Assembly (NCBI GenBank): GCA_035604195.1
Contig: DATNIY010000050.1
Location: 36-64,035, forward strand
Reading direction: 5' to 3'
DNA from: Stellaceae bacterium
GTDB taxonomy: Bacteria > Pseudomonadota > Alphaproteobacteria > ATCC43930 > CGMCC-115725
Length of the DNA stretch: 64,000 bases
The notes under the pieces are model-generated. The model worked only from the letters and a program-made list of their open reading frames with translations. It was not told the DNA's origin and searched no databases. This document shows positions 1 to 12,962 of this stretch, one piece after another (the stretch's first letter is position 1; each line of letters opens with the position of its first letter). The position numbers and the translations under genes were made by a program.

Positions 1-313
<313 letters not shown>

Positions 314-536
314 GCCTCGGCAATCTCCCAAATGAGAGATCGCCAAGTCCCGGCACCGTCCGCTCTACGCTCGGAATTGACTTACCTTGCGCAGACAACG
401 GCACCAACGCCGCCGCCCGCGCATCCCTTCCTTCTCCACAATGTCAAAGACCAATCCCATTCCCAACCAAACCGATGCGACGCCCGCGCAAAAAAAACGC
501 GCCAAACCCCCCATCGATCACGGAAGAGAGCCGCAC

Positions 537-564
537 ATATAAGACCTAACAACTCCCTTGTCCA
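537..564 (-). promoter_or_regulatory. Candidate rRNA operon promoter (TGGACA-N16-TTATAT on the minus strand)
   Basis: The minus strand reads TGGACA (564-559), a 16-nt spacer, then TTATAT (542-537). It lies ~225 nt upstream of the 16S 5' end in otherwise non-coding sequence. This is a motif match only. Confidence 0.35.
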
Positions 565-757
565 GCCTTCCTTGCGCGGCCGCCGCGGCTTTCCGTCGAC
601 ATCGGCCATCCCATTGGCGCATCCCGGCTTTTCCTGCCGCCGCGGCGCCCGCGGTTGACACCCGGGAGAGCCGCGGGCATGGTTGGTCGGTCGCGGGACG
701 CGGGAATGTCTGGACACGATCCCGTCGCCGCGCCCGCGAGCCGAGGAGGGACCGCCC

Positions 758-1783
758 GTGAAATCCCGCGCGCAACTGAGGCCCGCCGCACTTCACAACG
801 ACGAGCTCGAGGCGGCCAAGCGCCTCGAACTCTATCGCCTGCAAGTGGAGATCCGCGATTTCGAGCAGCGCGCCTATGAGCTCTTTCTGCAGAATCTGGT
901 CAAGGGCACGAGCCATCTTTCGCTCGGACAAGAGGCGATCGCCGCCGGCTTCGCCGGGGCGATGGAGACCGGCGATCTGAGCTTTTGCACCTATCGCGGC
1001 CACGCCCATACCTTGGCGCGCGGCGTGCCCATGGAGCAGGTGCTGGGCGAACTCATGCAGCGCGACAACGGGCTGATGCGCGGCAAGGGCGGCTCCATGC
1101 ACCTGACCTCGGTGAGCCACGGAGTGATGGGCTCCTACGCCATCGTCGGCGCGCATCTGCCGATCGCCTGCGGCGCCGCCTGGCGCGCCCAGTACAAGGG
1201 CGCGAGCGATGTCTCGGTGTGCTTCTTCGGCGACGGCACGACCAATATCGGCGCCTTTCACGAGGCGCTCAACTTTGCCGCCGTGTGGAAGCTGCCGGTG
1301 ATCTTTGTCTGCGAAAACAATCTCTACATGGAATACACCGCGATCGGCGAGGTGACGGCAGTGCCCAACCCGGCGGCCGATCGCGCCGGCTCCTATGGGC
1401 TCGAGCGCATCCTCATCGACGGCAACGACGCGGACGAGGTGTTCCGTACGGCGCGCCGCGTTTTCGCCCGGGCGCGCGCCGGCGAGGGACCGGCGCTGGT
1501 CGAATGCAAGACCTATCGCCACAGCGGCCACTCGCGCGCCGATCCCGCGAAATACCGGCCGCCCGGCGAATTGGAGGAATGGCTGAAGCGCGATCCGGTC
1601 AAGCTCTATCGCAAGCGGCTCGGCGATATCGGCATCGACGAGGCGGCGATCCGGCACATCGAGGACGAATCGAAGCGCAAGATCGACGCGGCGACCGAGG
1701 CCTGCAAGGCTGCGCCGCCGCCCGCCGAAGCGATCCTGACGACCGATGTCTATGCCGATGGAGGCTGGGCGTGGCGGAACTGA
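758..1783 (+). CDS. Thiamine-diphosphate-dependent 2-oxoacid (pyruvate/acetoin-type) dehydrogenase E1 alpha subunit
   Basis: Same frame as track ORF 683-1783. I moved the start to GTG 758, which follows GAGGAGGG. It has the TPP motif GDG...NN (FFGDGTTNIGAF...FVCENN) plus YRGH and GKGGSMH, which are typical of E1 alpha. Confidence 0.85.
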   Translation: MKSRAQLRPAALHNDELEAAKRLELYRLQVEIRDFEQRAYELFLQNLVKGTSHLSLGQEAIAAGFAGAMETGDLSFCTYRGHAHTLARGVPMEQVLGELMQRDNGLMRGKGGSMHLTSVSHGVMGSYAIVGAHLPIACGAAWRAQYKGASDVSVCFFGDGTTNIGAFHEALNFAAVWKLPVIFVCENNLYMEYTAIGEVTAVPNPAADRAGSYGLERILIDGNDADEVFRTARRVFARARAGEGPALVECKTYRHSGHSRADPAKYRPPGELEEWLKRDPVKLYRKRLGDIGIDEAAIRHIEDESKRKIDAATEACKAAPPPAEAILTTDVYADGGWAWRN

Positions 1784-2751
1784 CCTATCGCGACGCCGTC
1801 GCCCGCGGCATCGCGCAGGAAATGGAGCGCGACCCCGATGTCGTCTTTCTCGGCGAGGATGTCGCCAAGGCCGGCGGCGTGTTCAAGACCACGGTCGGCC
1901 TGCTCGAGCGCTTCGGGCCCAAGCGCGTTCGCGACACGCCCATCTCGGAGCAGGCGATCTTGGGCGCCGCCATGGGTGCGGCGATGACGGGGCTGAAGCC
2001 GATCGCGGAGATCATGTTCTCGGATTTCCTGGCCGTCTGCTTCGACTACATCGCCAACCAATTCCCGAAATCGCGCTACATGAGCAATGGGCAGGTGAAA
2101 TGTCCGCTGGTGGTGCGCACCGGCAACGGCGGTGGCGTGCGCTTCGGCGCCCAGCACAGCCAGAGCGTCGAGAACTGGGCGATGATGATTCCCGGCCTCA
2201 AAGTGGTGGCGCCGTCGAATCCGACCGACGTCATCGGGCTCCTCGCCGCTGCGGTGCGCGATCCCGACCCGGTCATCTTCTTCGAGCACAAATCGCTTTA
2301 TGCGACCAAGGCCGAGGTGCCCGACGGCGAGATCGTCGATCGGCTCGGCACCGCCAAGATCCTGCGCCCCGGCAAGGATGCGACGGTGCTGGCGCTGGCG
2401 CTGATGGTGCCGCGCGCTTTGGCCGCCGCCGAGAGTTTGGCGCAGGAGCACGGCATCGACGTCGAAATCATCGATCTGCGCTCGCTCGTGCCGCTCGATG
2501 CGCAGACGATTCTGGGATCGGTGGCGCGCACCGGACGGCTCTTCACCGTCGAGGAGAATCCGCGGCTTTGCGGCTGGGGCGCCGAGATCGCCTCGATCGT
2601 CGCCGACGAGGCGTTCTATGACCTCGACGGGCCGATCGTGCGCATCACCACGCCGCACATACCGCTGCCGGCGGCAGACAATCTCGAGGATTTGGCGCTG
2701 CCGAGCGTGCCGCGCATCGTCGAGAAGATCCGCCGCAGCCTGAACGCATGA
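1771..2751 (+). CDS. 2-oxoacid dehydrogenase E1 beta subunit (transketolase-like)
   Basis: GTG 1771 is in the frame of track ORF 985-2751 and overlaps the E1 alpha stop. The translation AELTYRDAVARGIAQEM...FLGEDVAKAGGVFKTT...DTPISEQAILGAAMGAAMTG is a typical E1 beta. Confidence 0.85.
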   Translation: MAELTYRDAVARGIAQEMERDPDVVFLGEDVAKAGGVFKTTVGLLERFGPKRVRDTPISEQAILGAAMGAAMTGLKPIAEIMFSDFLAVCFDYIANQFPKSRYMSNGQVKCPLVVRTGNGGGVRFGAQHSQSVENWAMMIPGLKVVAPSNPTDVIGLLAAAVRDPDPVIFFEHKSLYATKAEVPDGEIVDRLGTAKILRPGKDATVLALALMVPRALAAAESLAQEHGIDVEIIDLRSLVPLDAQTILGSVARTGRLFTVEENPRLCGWGAEIASIVADEAFYDLDGPIVRITTPHIPLPAADNLEDLALPSVPRIVEKIRRSLNA

Positions 2752-4211
2752 GGCATGCCATGAGGAACGAGCCCGCGATCGACGCGCCGACCGAACTCTA
2801 CATCAACGGCAAGTTTCGTCCGGCCTCGGATGGCGGGCGCTTCGATGTCTTCAACCCCGCGACCGAGCAAGTGCTGGCCTCGGTCGCCGACGGCACCATC
2901 GCCGACGGACTTGCCGCAGTCGATGCCGCCGCCGGCGCCTTCGAGGGCTGGGCCGCGCGCAATCCGCGCGAGCGCGGCGAGATCCTGCGCAAGTCCTTCG
3001 AGCTCTTCACCGCGCAGAAGGAGCGTTTCGCTCGTCTGATGACGCTCGAGAACGGCAAGTCGCTCAGCGATTCACGCGCCGAAGCGGTCTATGCGGCGGA
3101 GTTCTTCCGCTGGTTCGCCGAGGAGGCGCCGCGTAACATCGGCCAGGTCTCGCGCGCGCCCTCGACCGGCGCGCGCATCCTGGTGCAGCACAAGCCGGCG
3201 GGCGTCGCGGTGCTGGTCACGCCCTGGAACTTCCCGGCGGCGATGGGCACCCGAAAAATCGCGCCGGCGCTGGCGGCGGGATGCACGGTGGTGTTGAAGC
3301 CGGCCTCGGAGACTCCGCTCACCATGCTGGCGCTCGCCGAGATCCTGCAAGAGGCGGGCGTGCCGGCGGGCGTCGTCAACATCCTGCCGTCGCGCAAATC
3401 GGGCGCGGTGGTCGCGGCGATGCTCAAGGACCCGCGCGTGCGCGTCATCTCCTTCACCGGCTCGACCGAGGTCGGCCGGCGTCTCCTGCACGCGGCGGCC
3501 GACATGGTGGTGCGGCCGGCGATGGAGCTGGGCGGCAACGCGCCCTTCCTGGTCTTCGAGGACGCCGATCTCGACGCCGCGGTCGAGGGCGCGATGATCG
3601 CCAAGATGCGCAACATGGGCGAGGCCTGCACCGCGGCCAACCGGTTCTATGTCCATGAGAAGGTGCACGACGCCTTCGTCGAGAAGTTCGCCGCCAAGAT
3701 GAAGGCGCTTAAAATCGGCAACGGATTGGATGACGGCGTCGCCGTCGGCCCGCTGGTCAATGCCGACACGCGCGACAAGGTCGCCGCGCTGGTCGAGGAC
3801 GCCTTGAAGCGCGGCGCCAAGGCGGTGGTCGGCGGCGAGCGGCCCAAGGGCACCGGCTTCTACTACCCGCCGACGGTGCTCGCCGATGTTCCCGACGGCG
3901 CGCAATGCCTCAGCCAGGAAATCTTCGGCCCGGTCGCGCCGGTGCAGAAATTCCGAACCGAGGACGAAGCGATCGCCCGCGCCAATGCGACGGAATACGG
4001 CCTCGTCGCCTATCTCTACACGCGCGACATGGCGCGCGGCATGCGCGTTTCCGAGCGGCTCGATTTCGGCATGGTCGGCCTCAATCGCGGCGTCGTCTCC
4101 GATCCCGCGGCGCCGTTCGGCGGCGCCAAGCAGTCGGGCCTCGGCCGCGAGGGCGCGCATGAAGGGCTGATGGAGTTCCTCGAGACGCAATACATCTCAG
4201 CCAATTGGTAG
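2748..4211 (+). CDS. NAD(P)-dependent aldehyde dehydrogenase, succinate-semialdehyde dehydrogenase (GabD)-like
   Basis: 487 aa. Its ATG overlaps the E1 beta stop (ATGA). It carries the ALDH catalytic motifs ELGGNAP and EACTAANR. The overall sequence resembles the SSADH family from memory. Confidence 0.85.
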   Translation: MRHAMRNEPAIDAPTELYINGKFRPASDGGRFDVFNPATEQVLASVADGTIADGLAAVDAAAGAFEGWAARNPRERGEILRKSFELFTAQKERFARLMTLENGKSLSDSRAEAVYAAEFFRWFAEEAPRNIGQVSRAPSTGARILVQHKPAGVAVLVTPWNFPAAMGTRKIAPALAAGCTVVLKPASETPLTMLALAEILQEAGVPAGVVNILPSRKSGAVVAAMLKDPRVRVISFTGSTEVGRRLLHAAADMVVRPAMELGGNAPFLVFEDADLDAAVEGAMIAKMRNMGEACTAANRFYVHEKVHDAFVEKFAAKMKALKIGNGLDDGVAVGPLVNADTRDKVAALVEDALKRGAKAVVGGERPKGTGFYYPPTVLADVPDGAQCLSQEIFGPVAPVQKFRTEDEAIARANATEYGLVAYLYTRDMARGMRVSERLDFGMVGLNRGVVSDPAAPFGGAKQSGLGREGAHEGLMEFLETQYISANW

Positions 4212-4232
4212 GCAGCGAGCGGAGCGCCGGCG

Positions 4233-5561
4233 ATGGACGTGATCATGCCCCAGCTCGGCGAGACCGTGGCCGAGGGAAAGATCGCATCCTGGTTCAAGCA
4301 GGTCGGCGACAAGGTCGAGGCCGGCGAGAATCTCTTCGAGATCGAGACCGACAAGGTGTCTATGGAAGTTCAGGCGACGGCGAGCGGCGTGCTCTCGGAG
4401 ATTCGCGTCGCCGCCGGCGCGACCGTCCCGGTCGGCACGGTCGTAGCGGTGGTCGGCAGCGCTGCTGGCGCCATTGCGGCGACCCGCGCCACTCCCATCG
4501 CGCTCTCCCCCGCACTCCCCCTCCCTAACGCTCCCGCGCTAGCGGGGGAGGGAAGGGTGGGGCTGGCGGGAGCGCCACCGACACGCGGCAACGGCGCGGC
4601 GCGGACGAAGCTCGCGCCGTTCGACGAGGTGCACACGCCCATGGAGAATTTCGGCGCCGCTGCGGCGCCGCTCGGGCTCAAGATCACGCCGCTGGCGCGG
4701 CGCCTGATCCGGCAGGAAGGCCTCGATCTCGCGGCGATCGCCGAGAACGTCAAGGCGCGCGGCGGCTGGCGCATCGCCGCTGCCGATGTCAGGGCGCGTG
4801 CGCCGGCGCAGCCCGGCGAGCGCAAGCCCGCGCCGCTACCGCTCCGCCCCGGCGACACGGTCGAGCCGCTGAATCGCATCCGCGCTCAGACGGCACGCCA
4901 CTTGGCCGATTCCTGGCGCACGGTGCCGCATGTCTTTCAGGCAATCGAGGTGGATTTCTCCGGCATCGAGCGCGCGCGGCAGGCGCTGAAGCACGAGTTT
5001 CTCGAGCGCCACGGCGCCGCGCTGACCTATCTTCCGTTCGTTGCGCGCGCGCTGTGCCTGGCGCTCGCCGAATTTCGCCGGCTCAACGCCTCCTTCGATC
5101 GCAACCGGCTCATCCTGCACGGCGACATTCATCTCGGGATCGCCGTCGATCTCGACCACAAGGGACTGATCGTGCCGGTGGTGCATCACGCCGACGAGAT
5201 GACGGTGGGCGGACTCGCCAAAGCGATCGCGCGGCAGGTCGAGAAGGCGCGCAAGGGCAAGCTTGCGCCGGCCGATATCGAGGGCGCGACCTATACGATC
5301 ACCAACAATGGCAGCTTCGGGACGCTCTTCACCGCGCCGATCATCAACCTGCCGCAGGTGGCCATTCTCTCGCTCGACGCCGTGCAGAAGCGCGCAATCG
5401 TGGTCGAGACCGAGCATGGCGACGCGCTGGCGCCGCGGCTCGTCGCCATGGTCGGCCAAAGCTTCGACCACCGTGCGGTCGATGGCGCCTATGCCGCCGC
5501 CTTGCTGCGGCGCCTCAAGGTGATTGCCGAGAGCAGGGATTGGGCCGGCGATTTCAGCTGA
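4233..5561 (+). CDS. Dihydrolipoamide acyltransferase E2 component
   Basis: 442 aa. It has a lipoyl domain (EIETDKVSMEV), a Pro/Ala linker, a peripheral-subunit-binding domain (ITPLARRLIRQEGLDL) and the catalytic motif DHRAVDG. Confidence 0.9.
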   Translation: MDVIMPQLGETVAEGKIASWFKQVGDKVEAGENLFEIETDKVSMEVQATASGVLSEIRVAAGATVPVGTVVAVVGSAAGAIAATRATPIALSPALPLPNAPALAGEGRVGLAGAPPTRGNGAARTKLAPFDEVHTPMENFGAAAAPLGLKITPLARRLIRQEGLDLAAIAENVKARGGWRIAAADVRARAPAQPGERKPAPLPLRPGDTVEPLNRIRAQTARHLADSWRTVPHVFQAIEVDFSGIERARQALKHEFLERHGAALTYLPFVARALCLALAEFRRLNASFDRNRLILHGDIHLGIAVDLDHKGLIVPVVHHADEMTVGGLAKAIARQVEKARKGKLAPADIEGATYTITNNGSFGTLFTAPIINLPQVAILSLDAVQKRAIVVETEHGDALAPRLVAMVGQSFDHRAVDGAYAAALLRRLKVIAESRDWAGDFS

Positions 5562-5573
5562 GCGAAGGCGGCC

Positions 5574-6020
5574 TCAATACTGCTTATAGGGCAGGAACTT
5601 CCCGCTCATCGTCAGGCGCACGCGGTCGCCCTTCGGGTCGGGCTGGCGCTCCAGCGCCATGTCGAAATCGATGGCGCTCATGATGCCGTCGCCGAACTCC
5701 TCCTGGATCAACGCCTTCCAGGTCGTGCCATAGACCTGGACCAGCTCGTAGAAGCGGTAGATCAGCGGATCGGTCGGCACCGCCGTCGGCAGCGAGCCGC
5801 GGTAGGGCACCTCCTGCAGCAGCAGGACCTCGTCCTCGTCGAGGCCGAGGATGCGGCCCGCGTTCTCGGCCTCGCCCTTGCCGAGCTTCATCTGCCCCAA
5901 CAGCGCCGCCGTGTAATAGACCGGTGAGCCCGGGCCGATCTCGGCGGCGATGGCGCGCCAGGCGAGCTTCTTCCGGCGCTTGATGGCGACGATCTTCTCG
6001 GTGAGTTCTGCGCGATTCAT
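5574..6020 (-). CDS. cynS: Cyanate hydratase (cyanase)
   Basis: The translation from the internal ATG (MNRAELTEKIVAIKRRKKL...PTDPLIYRFYELVQVYGTTWKALIQEEFGDGIMSAIDF...GKFLPYKQY) is collinear with E. coli CynS as I remember it. The track ORF starts 13 codons further upstream. Confidence 0.85.
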   Translation of the reverse strand: MNRAELTEKIVAIKRRKKLAWRAIAAEIGPGSPVYYTAALLGQMKLGKGEAENAGRILGLDEDEVLLLQEVPYRGSLPTAVPTDPLIYRFYELVQVYGTTWKALIQEEFGDGIMSAIDFDMALERQPDPKGDRVRLTMSGKFLPYKQY

Positions 6021-6147
6021 GAGACACCTCCTCTCGCTGAGGAGGCAAGCATATCCCATGCCACGCGCTTGCCGCGATGAGCCCCTAATGGCCCGTCGCT
6101 GCTGCCCACAAACGAGGCAGCAGGTTCAGTCGCCGAGCAGCTTGCGC

Positions 6148-8742
<2,595 letters not shown>

Positions 8743-8882
8743 GACTGCCCCTTGCGTTGAACAGGTTGCGGCGTCCCTCTTCGAGGCAACGCGTCGCACC
8801 CTTCCGCCGTCTCATATGGTCGCGAGACGCGGAGCACTCAAGGGCAAGGTCGGCTCGGCCAGCGCGGCGCCGGCCGAGCGGG

Positions 8883-9281
8883 TCAGCTCGGCTGAACCTC
8901 GGGGTCGGAAGGCGGGCTGGAGTCGGCGGCCGCAGGCTGCTCGGTCTCCGTGTCCGGGCCCGTGGGCTCGGTGTCGGCCGGAGTCATCGGCCGTTGCATT
9001 TGATCGCCGAAGCCGCCGCCGCCATTGGCGTTCATGACGCGGAAATAGTGCTCCGCGTGCTGATAGAAGTTTTCCGCCGCGATGCGATCCCCCGAAGACG
9101 ACGCCTCGCGCGCGAGCGCGACGTAGCGCTCGAACACTTGATAGGCGTTGCCGCGAATTTTGACGTTCGGTCCGCTACTGTCGAAAGTCTGGATACGGTG
9201 CGGCGGCCGAGGCCGGTTGTTGTTGGGATGGCTTCCGTTCATGTTGCGGTTGCGGGACCGCTTGTTCTGCCCTGGTCTCAT
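8883..9281 (-). CDS. DUF4167 domain protein (conserved alphaproteobacterial, Arg/Asn-rich N-terminus)
   Basis: Begins MRPGQNKRSRNRNMNG... and contains GNAYQVFERYVALAREASSSGDRIAAENFYQHAEHYFR, the DUF4167 core as I recall it. The start is taken at the internal ATG. Confidence 0.7.
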   Translation of the reverse strand: MRPGQNKRSRNRNMNGSHPNNNRPRPPHRIQTFDSSGPNVKIRGNAYQVFERYVALAREASSSGDRIAAENFYQHAEHYFRVMNANGGGGFGDQMQRPMTPADTEPTGPDTETEQPAAADSSPPSDPEVQPS

Positions 9282-9508
9282 GATACCTTTGAAATCGCGA
9301 TGCATCGTCCACGACGTTGATTGTTGCAAGAAGTGCTCCCGGTGTCCGTCAACCCATGTGATCGGCACCATTACGGCAGGAAGCAATACCGGCGCCCGAT
9401 GGGCGCAAGAGCTCTTGGCTCGTTTTCGCTAGGCCGCACCACCCTAGACGGGATGTGTGACCATTCCAATAACTTTTTTTCTTTGCCCCGGTTTCCCTCG
9501 ACTTGGCT

Positions 9509-10389
9509 CTAGGCTCCCGGCGGCGCGGTCAATACCAGGCAGCGCTCGATGCCTGAGAGGTCGCGCCGCACTTCCTCGATCAGCAACCCGGCCGCGGCGA
9601 AGAGCGCCGCTGCGGCTTCCGACTGCCCCGCGCCCAGTTCGATGAAGGCCCGGCCGCCCGGTTTCAGGAGCCGTCGAACCGCCGGGGCGAGACACCGATA
9701 GGCGCCGAGCCCATCCCCGCCCCCGTCGAGCGCCATTGGCGGATCGTAGCGGGCTACTTCCAGGGGCAACTCGGAGAGCGTCTTGCTAGGTATATAGGGA
9801 GGATTGGCGAGAATCACATCCACCCCCGTAGAAATCGCCTCATCCCAGGCGCTGACAAGGAAGAATGCGCGCAAATTCAGGCCCAAATCCGCGGCGTTGC
9901 GGCGCGCCACGGCGGCGGCGCCCGGCAGAATGTCGAGGCCGAAGCCCACCGCCTGGGGCAGTTCCGCAAGCAGCGCGAGCAGGAGGCAGCCGGTCCCCGT
10001 GCCGAGATCGAGAATGCGCAGCGCCGCCTGGCGGTCGGGCAGCCGGTCGAGCGCGGCGGCGATCAGCGTTTCGCTGTCGGGACGGGGATCGAGCGTGTCG
10101 GGCGAGAGCGCGAAAGCGAGGCTCCAAAATTCACGCCGGCCGGCCAGACGCGACATGGGCTCGCGCGCGATGCGGCGTTGCAGCAATGCCTCCAGCCGCA
10201 CCGCCGCGGCGGCGTTGAGCGAGCGCTCGGGATAGGCCAGAATTCCGGCGGCGTCGATTTCGGCCGCGAGTGCCAGGAGCAGCCGTGCCTCGCGCCGCGG
10301 CGACTCGATCCCGGAGGCGGCGAGCCTGCTTGTGGCATCGGCGAGCGCTCGGCCGATCGTGACCTCGGGGCAAACGCCAAGCGCGGCGC

Positions 10390-10393
<4 letters not shown>
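9509..10393 (-). CDS. prmC: Release-factor glutamine N5-methyltransferase PrmC (HemK)
   Basis: It has the NPPY motif ([10 protein letters not shown]) and the SAM motif [11 protein letters not shown]. It overlaps the prfA stop by 4 nt. Confidence 0.9.
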
Positions 10394-11465
<1,072 letters not shown>

Positions 11466-11469
<4 letters not shown>

Positions 11470-12800
11470 GTCTCGTCCTCGTCGCCGAGCCTGAACAACC
11501 GCCGCAACAGCATCTCCATCGCCGCAACATCGGCCCCGCCGCTCGCGGCCAAATCGCGCAGCGCCTCCGAGGGATCGTGCAGCAGCCGGTTGACGAGAAG
11601 CCGCGTCGCCGCCGCGGCGTCGAGGCCACGCTCCGCCATCACCTCGTCGCGCAGCCGCTCGAAATGACGGCGCAATGCGACCACCGTCGGGACCGCGCGA
11701 CGCTCGGCCTGCCGCGCCTGATAGGCGGCCACCTCGGCATCGACGATGCGCCAGGCGGCGGCGAGATCCTGCTCGCGCGTCGAAGGTCCCGCGACCGCCG
11801 CGCGTTCGAGATCGGCGAGATCGTAGAGGAAGGCGCCCTCGAGGTCATTGACCCCGGGCTCGGCATCGGGCGGGATCGCGGCATCGATGACGAAGATTGG
11901 TCGCCGCGGCCGGCGGTGCAAGGCCGCGGCGATGCGCGGCGCGGTCAGCACGATGCGGCCGGTGGCGAGCGCGGCGATGACGATGTCGGCCCCGGCCAGC
12001 GCTTCGTCGAGCTCGTCGAGCGGCCGATAATTGGCGACGAGCCGGAGGGCGGCGGGACGCGCGCGCTCGGCCGGGCCGCAGACGACGAGCCGGCCCAGGC
12101 CGCCGCGGCGGAAATGCTCGGCCATCAGCTCGCCCATCTCCGACGGGCCGAGCAACAGCGCCTCCGAGCGGGCGAGGTTGCCGTGAATGCCCAGCGCCAG
12201 ATCGAGCGCCGCCACCGCCAAGGACATCGGCCGCGCCGCGATTGGGGTCTCCCGCCGCACCCGCCGGGCGCAAGCGAAGGCGGCGGCGAAGACGCCCTCG
12301 ATCGCCGGTCCGACCAGGCCAAGTTCGGCGGCGGCGCGGTGCGCCGCCTTGACTTGGCCCAGCACTTGCGGCTCGCCGACCACCAGGCTGTCGAGCGCGC
12401 TCGCCACCGCGAACAAATGGCGCAGCGCCGCCGCGCCGTCGTGGCGATAAAGCGCTGCTGCCACTTGTTCGGCGGGATGGCCGGTGCGCCGCGCGACCAG
12501 CGGCGCCAGCTGCGCGAGCAAGGCCGGGTCGGAGGTCAGAAGCTCGATCCGGTCGCAGGTCGCGATCAGCACCGCTTCGCCCGCGCCCAGGGATTTGAGC
12601 TCGTCGAGCGAAGCCGCGAGGTCGCTTTCGAGGAGGGCGAAGCGCTCGCGCAGTTCGAGGGGGCTCAAGCGATGGCTGGTGCCGGCGAGGAAGAGACGCG
12701 GCGGCGTCGCGGCGTCCGAGCCGTGCCGAGATTCGGCAGAGCCTTTCGCGCCAGCTTGCTCCGAGGATTGCGCCACTGCCGCTCCTTCCCCGGCGTTCAT
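11466..12800 (-). CDS. hemA: Glutamyl-tRNA reductase family protein (divergent HemA)
   Basis: Collinear with E. coli HemA from memory. Matching segments are [22 protein letters not shown] (the TCNR Cys motif), [34 protein letters not shown] and VNRLLHDPS. It overlaps the prfA start by 4 nt. The glycine-rich NADPH loop is degenerate (see findings). Confidence 0.75.
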
Positions 12801-12847
12801 AGCATTTCGGTCGGCCCGGCACGTCCTTCGAGACGCCGGCTTCGCTG

Positions 12848-12906
12848 GCTCCTCAGGACGAGGACCTTTCTTTGTGCCATTAACGATCTTCCTCGTGCTG
12901 AGGAGC
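12848..12906. repeat. 17-bp inverted repeat (1 mismatch) with a 25-nt AT-richer loop, between hisS and hemA
   Basis: GCTCCTCAGGACGAGGA (12848-12864) and TCCTCGTGCTGAGGAGC (12890-12906) are reverse complements apart from one position. No U-tract follows on either strand. Confidence 0.7.
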
Positions 12907-12962
12907 GGTGCGCAGCACCACGTCTCGAAGCACGCACGGCATCCATGCAGTCGGCAACCGAT

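Noticed and set aside
5574-6020. Functional link between cynS and the SCNase/NHase-like cluster (a thiocyanate/cyanate pathway)
   Set aside because: The genes are about 32 kb apart with dozens of unrelated housekeeping genes between them. SCNase chemistry yields carbonyl sulfide, not cyanate. Nothing in the sequence supports a link.
8813-8841. Sigma-32-type heat-shock promoter upstream of clpB (CTTGAG ... CCATAT on the minus strand)
   Set aside because: The hexamers resemble RpoH elements. However, the spacing (17 nt between the hexamers, 19 nt after CTTG) does not fit the consensus spacings I remember for E. coli or alphaproteobacteria, so I do not report it as a feature.
9439-9450. Identical 12-mer CCACCCTAGACG in two intergenic regions (9439-9450 and 56646-56657)
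   Set aside because: In 64 kb read on both strands, many exact 12-mer repeats are expected by chance. The flanks show no further similarity.
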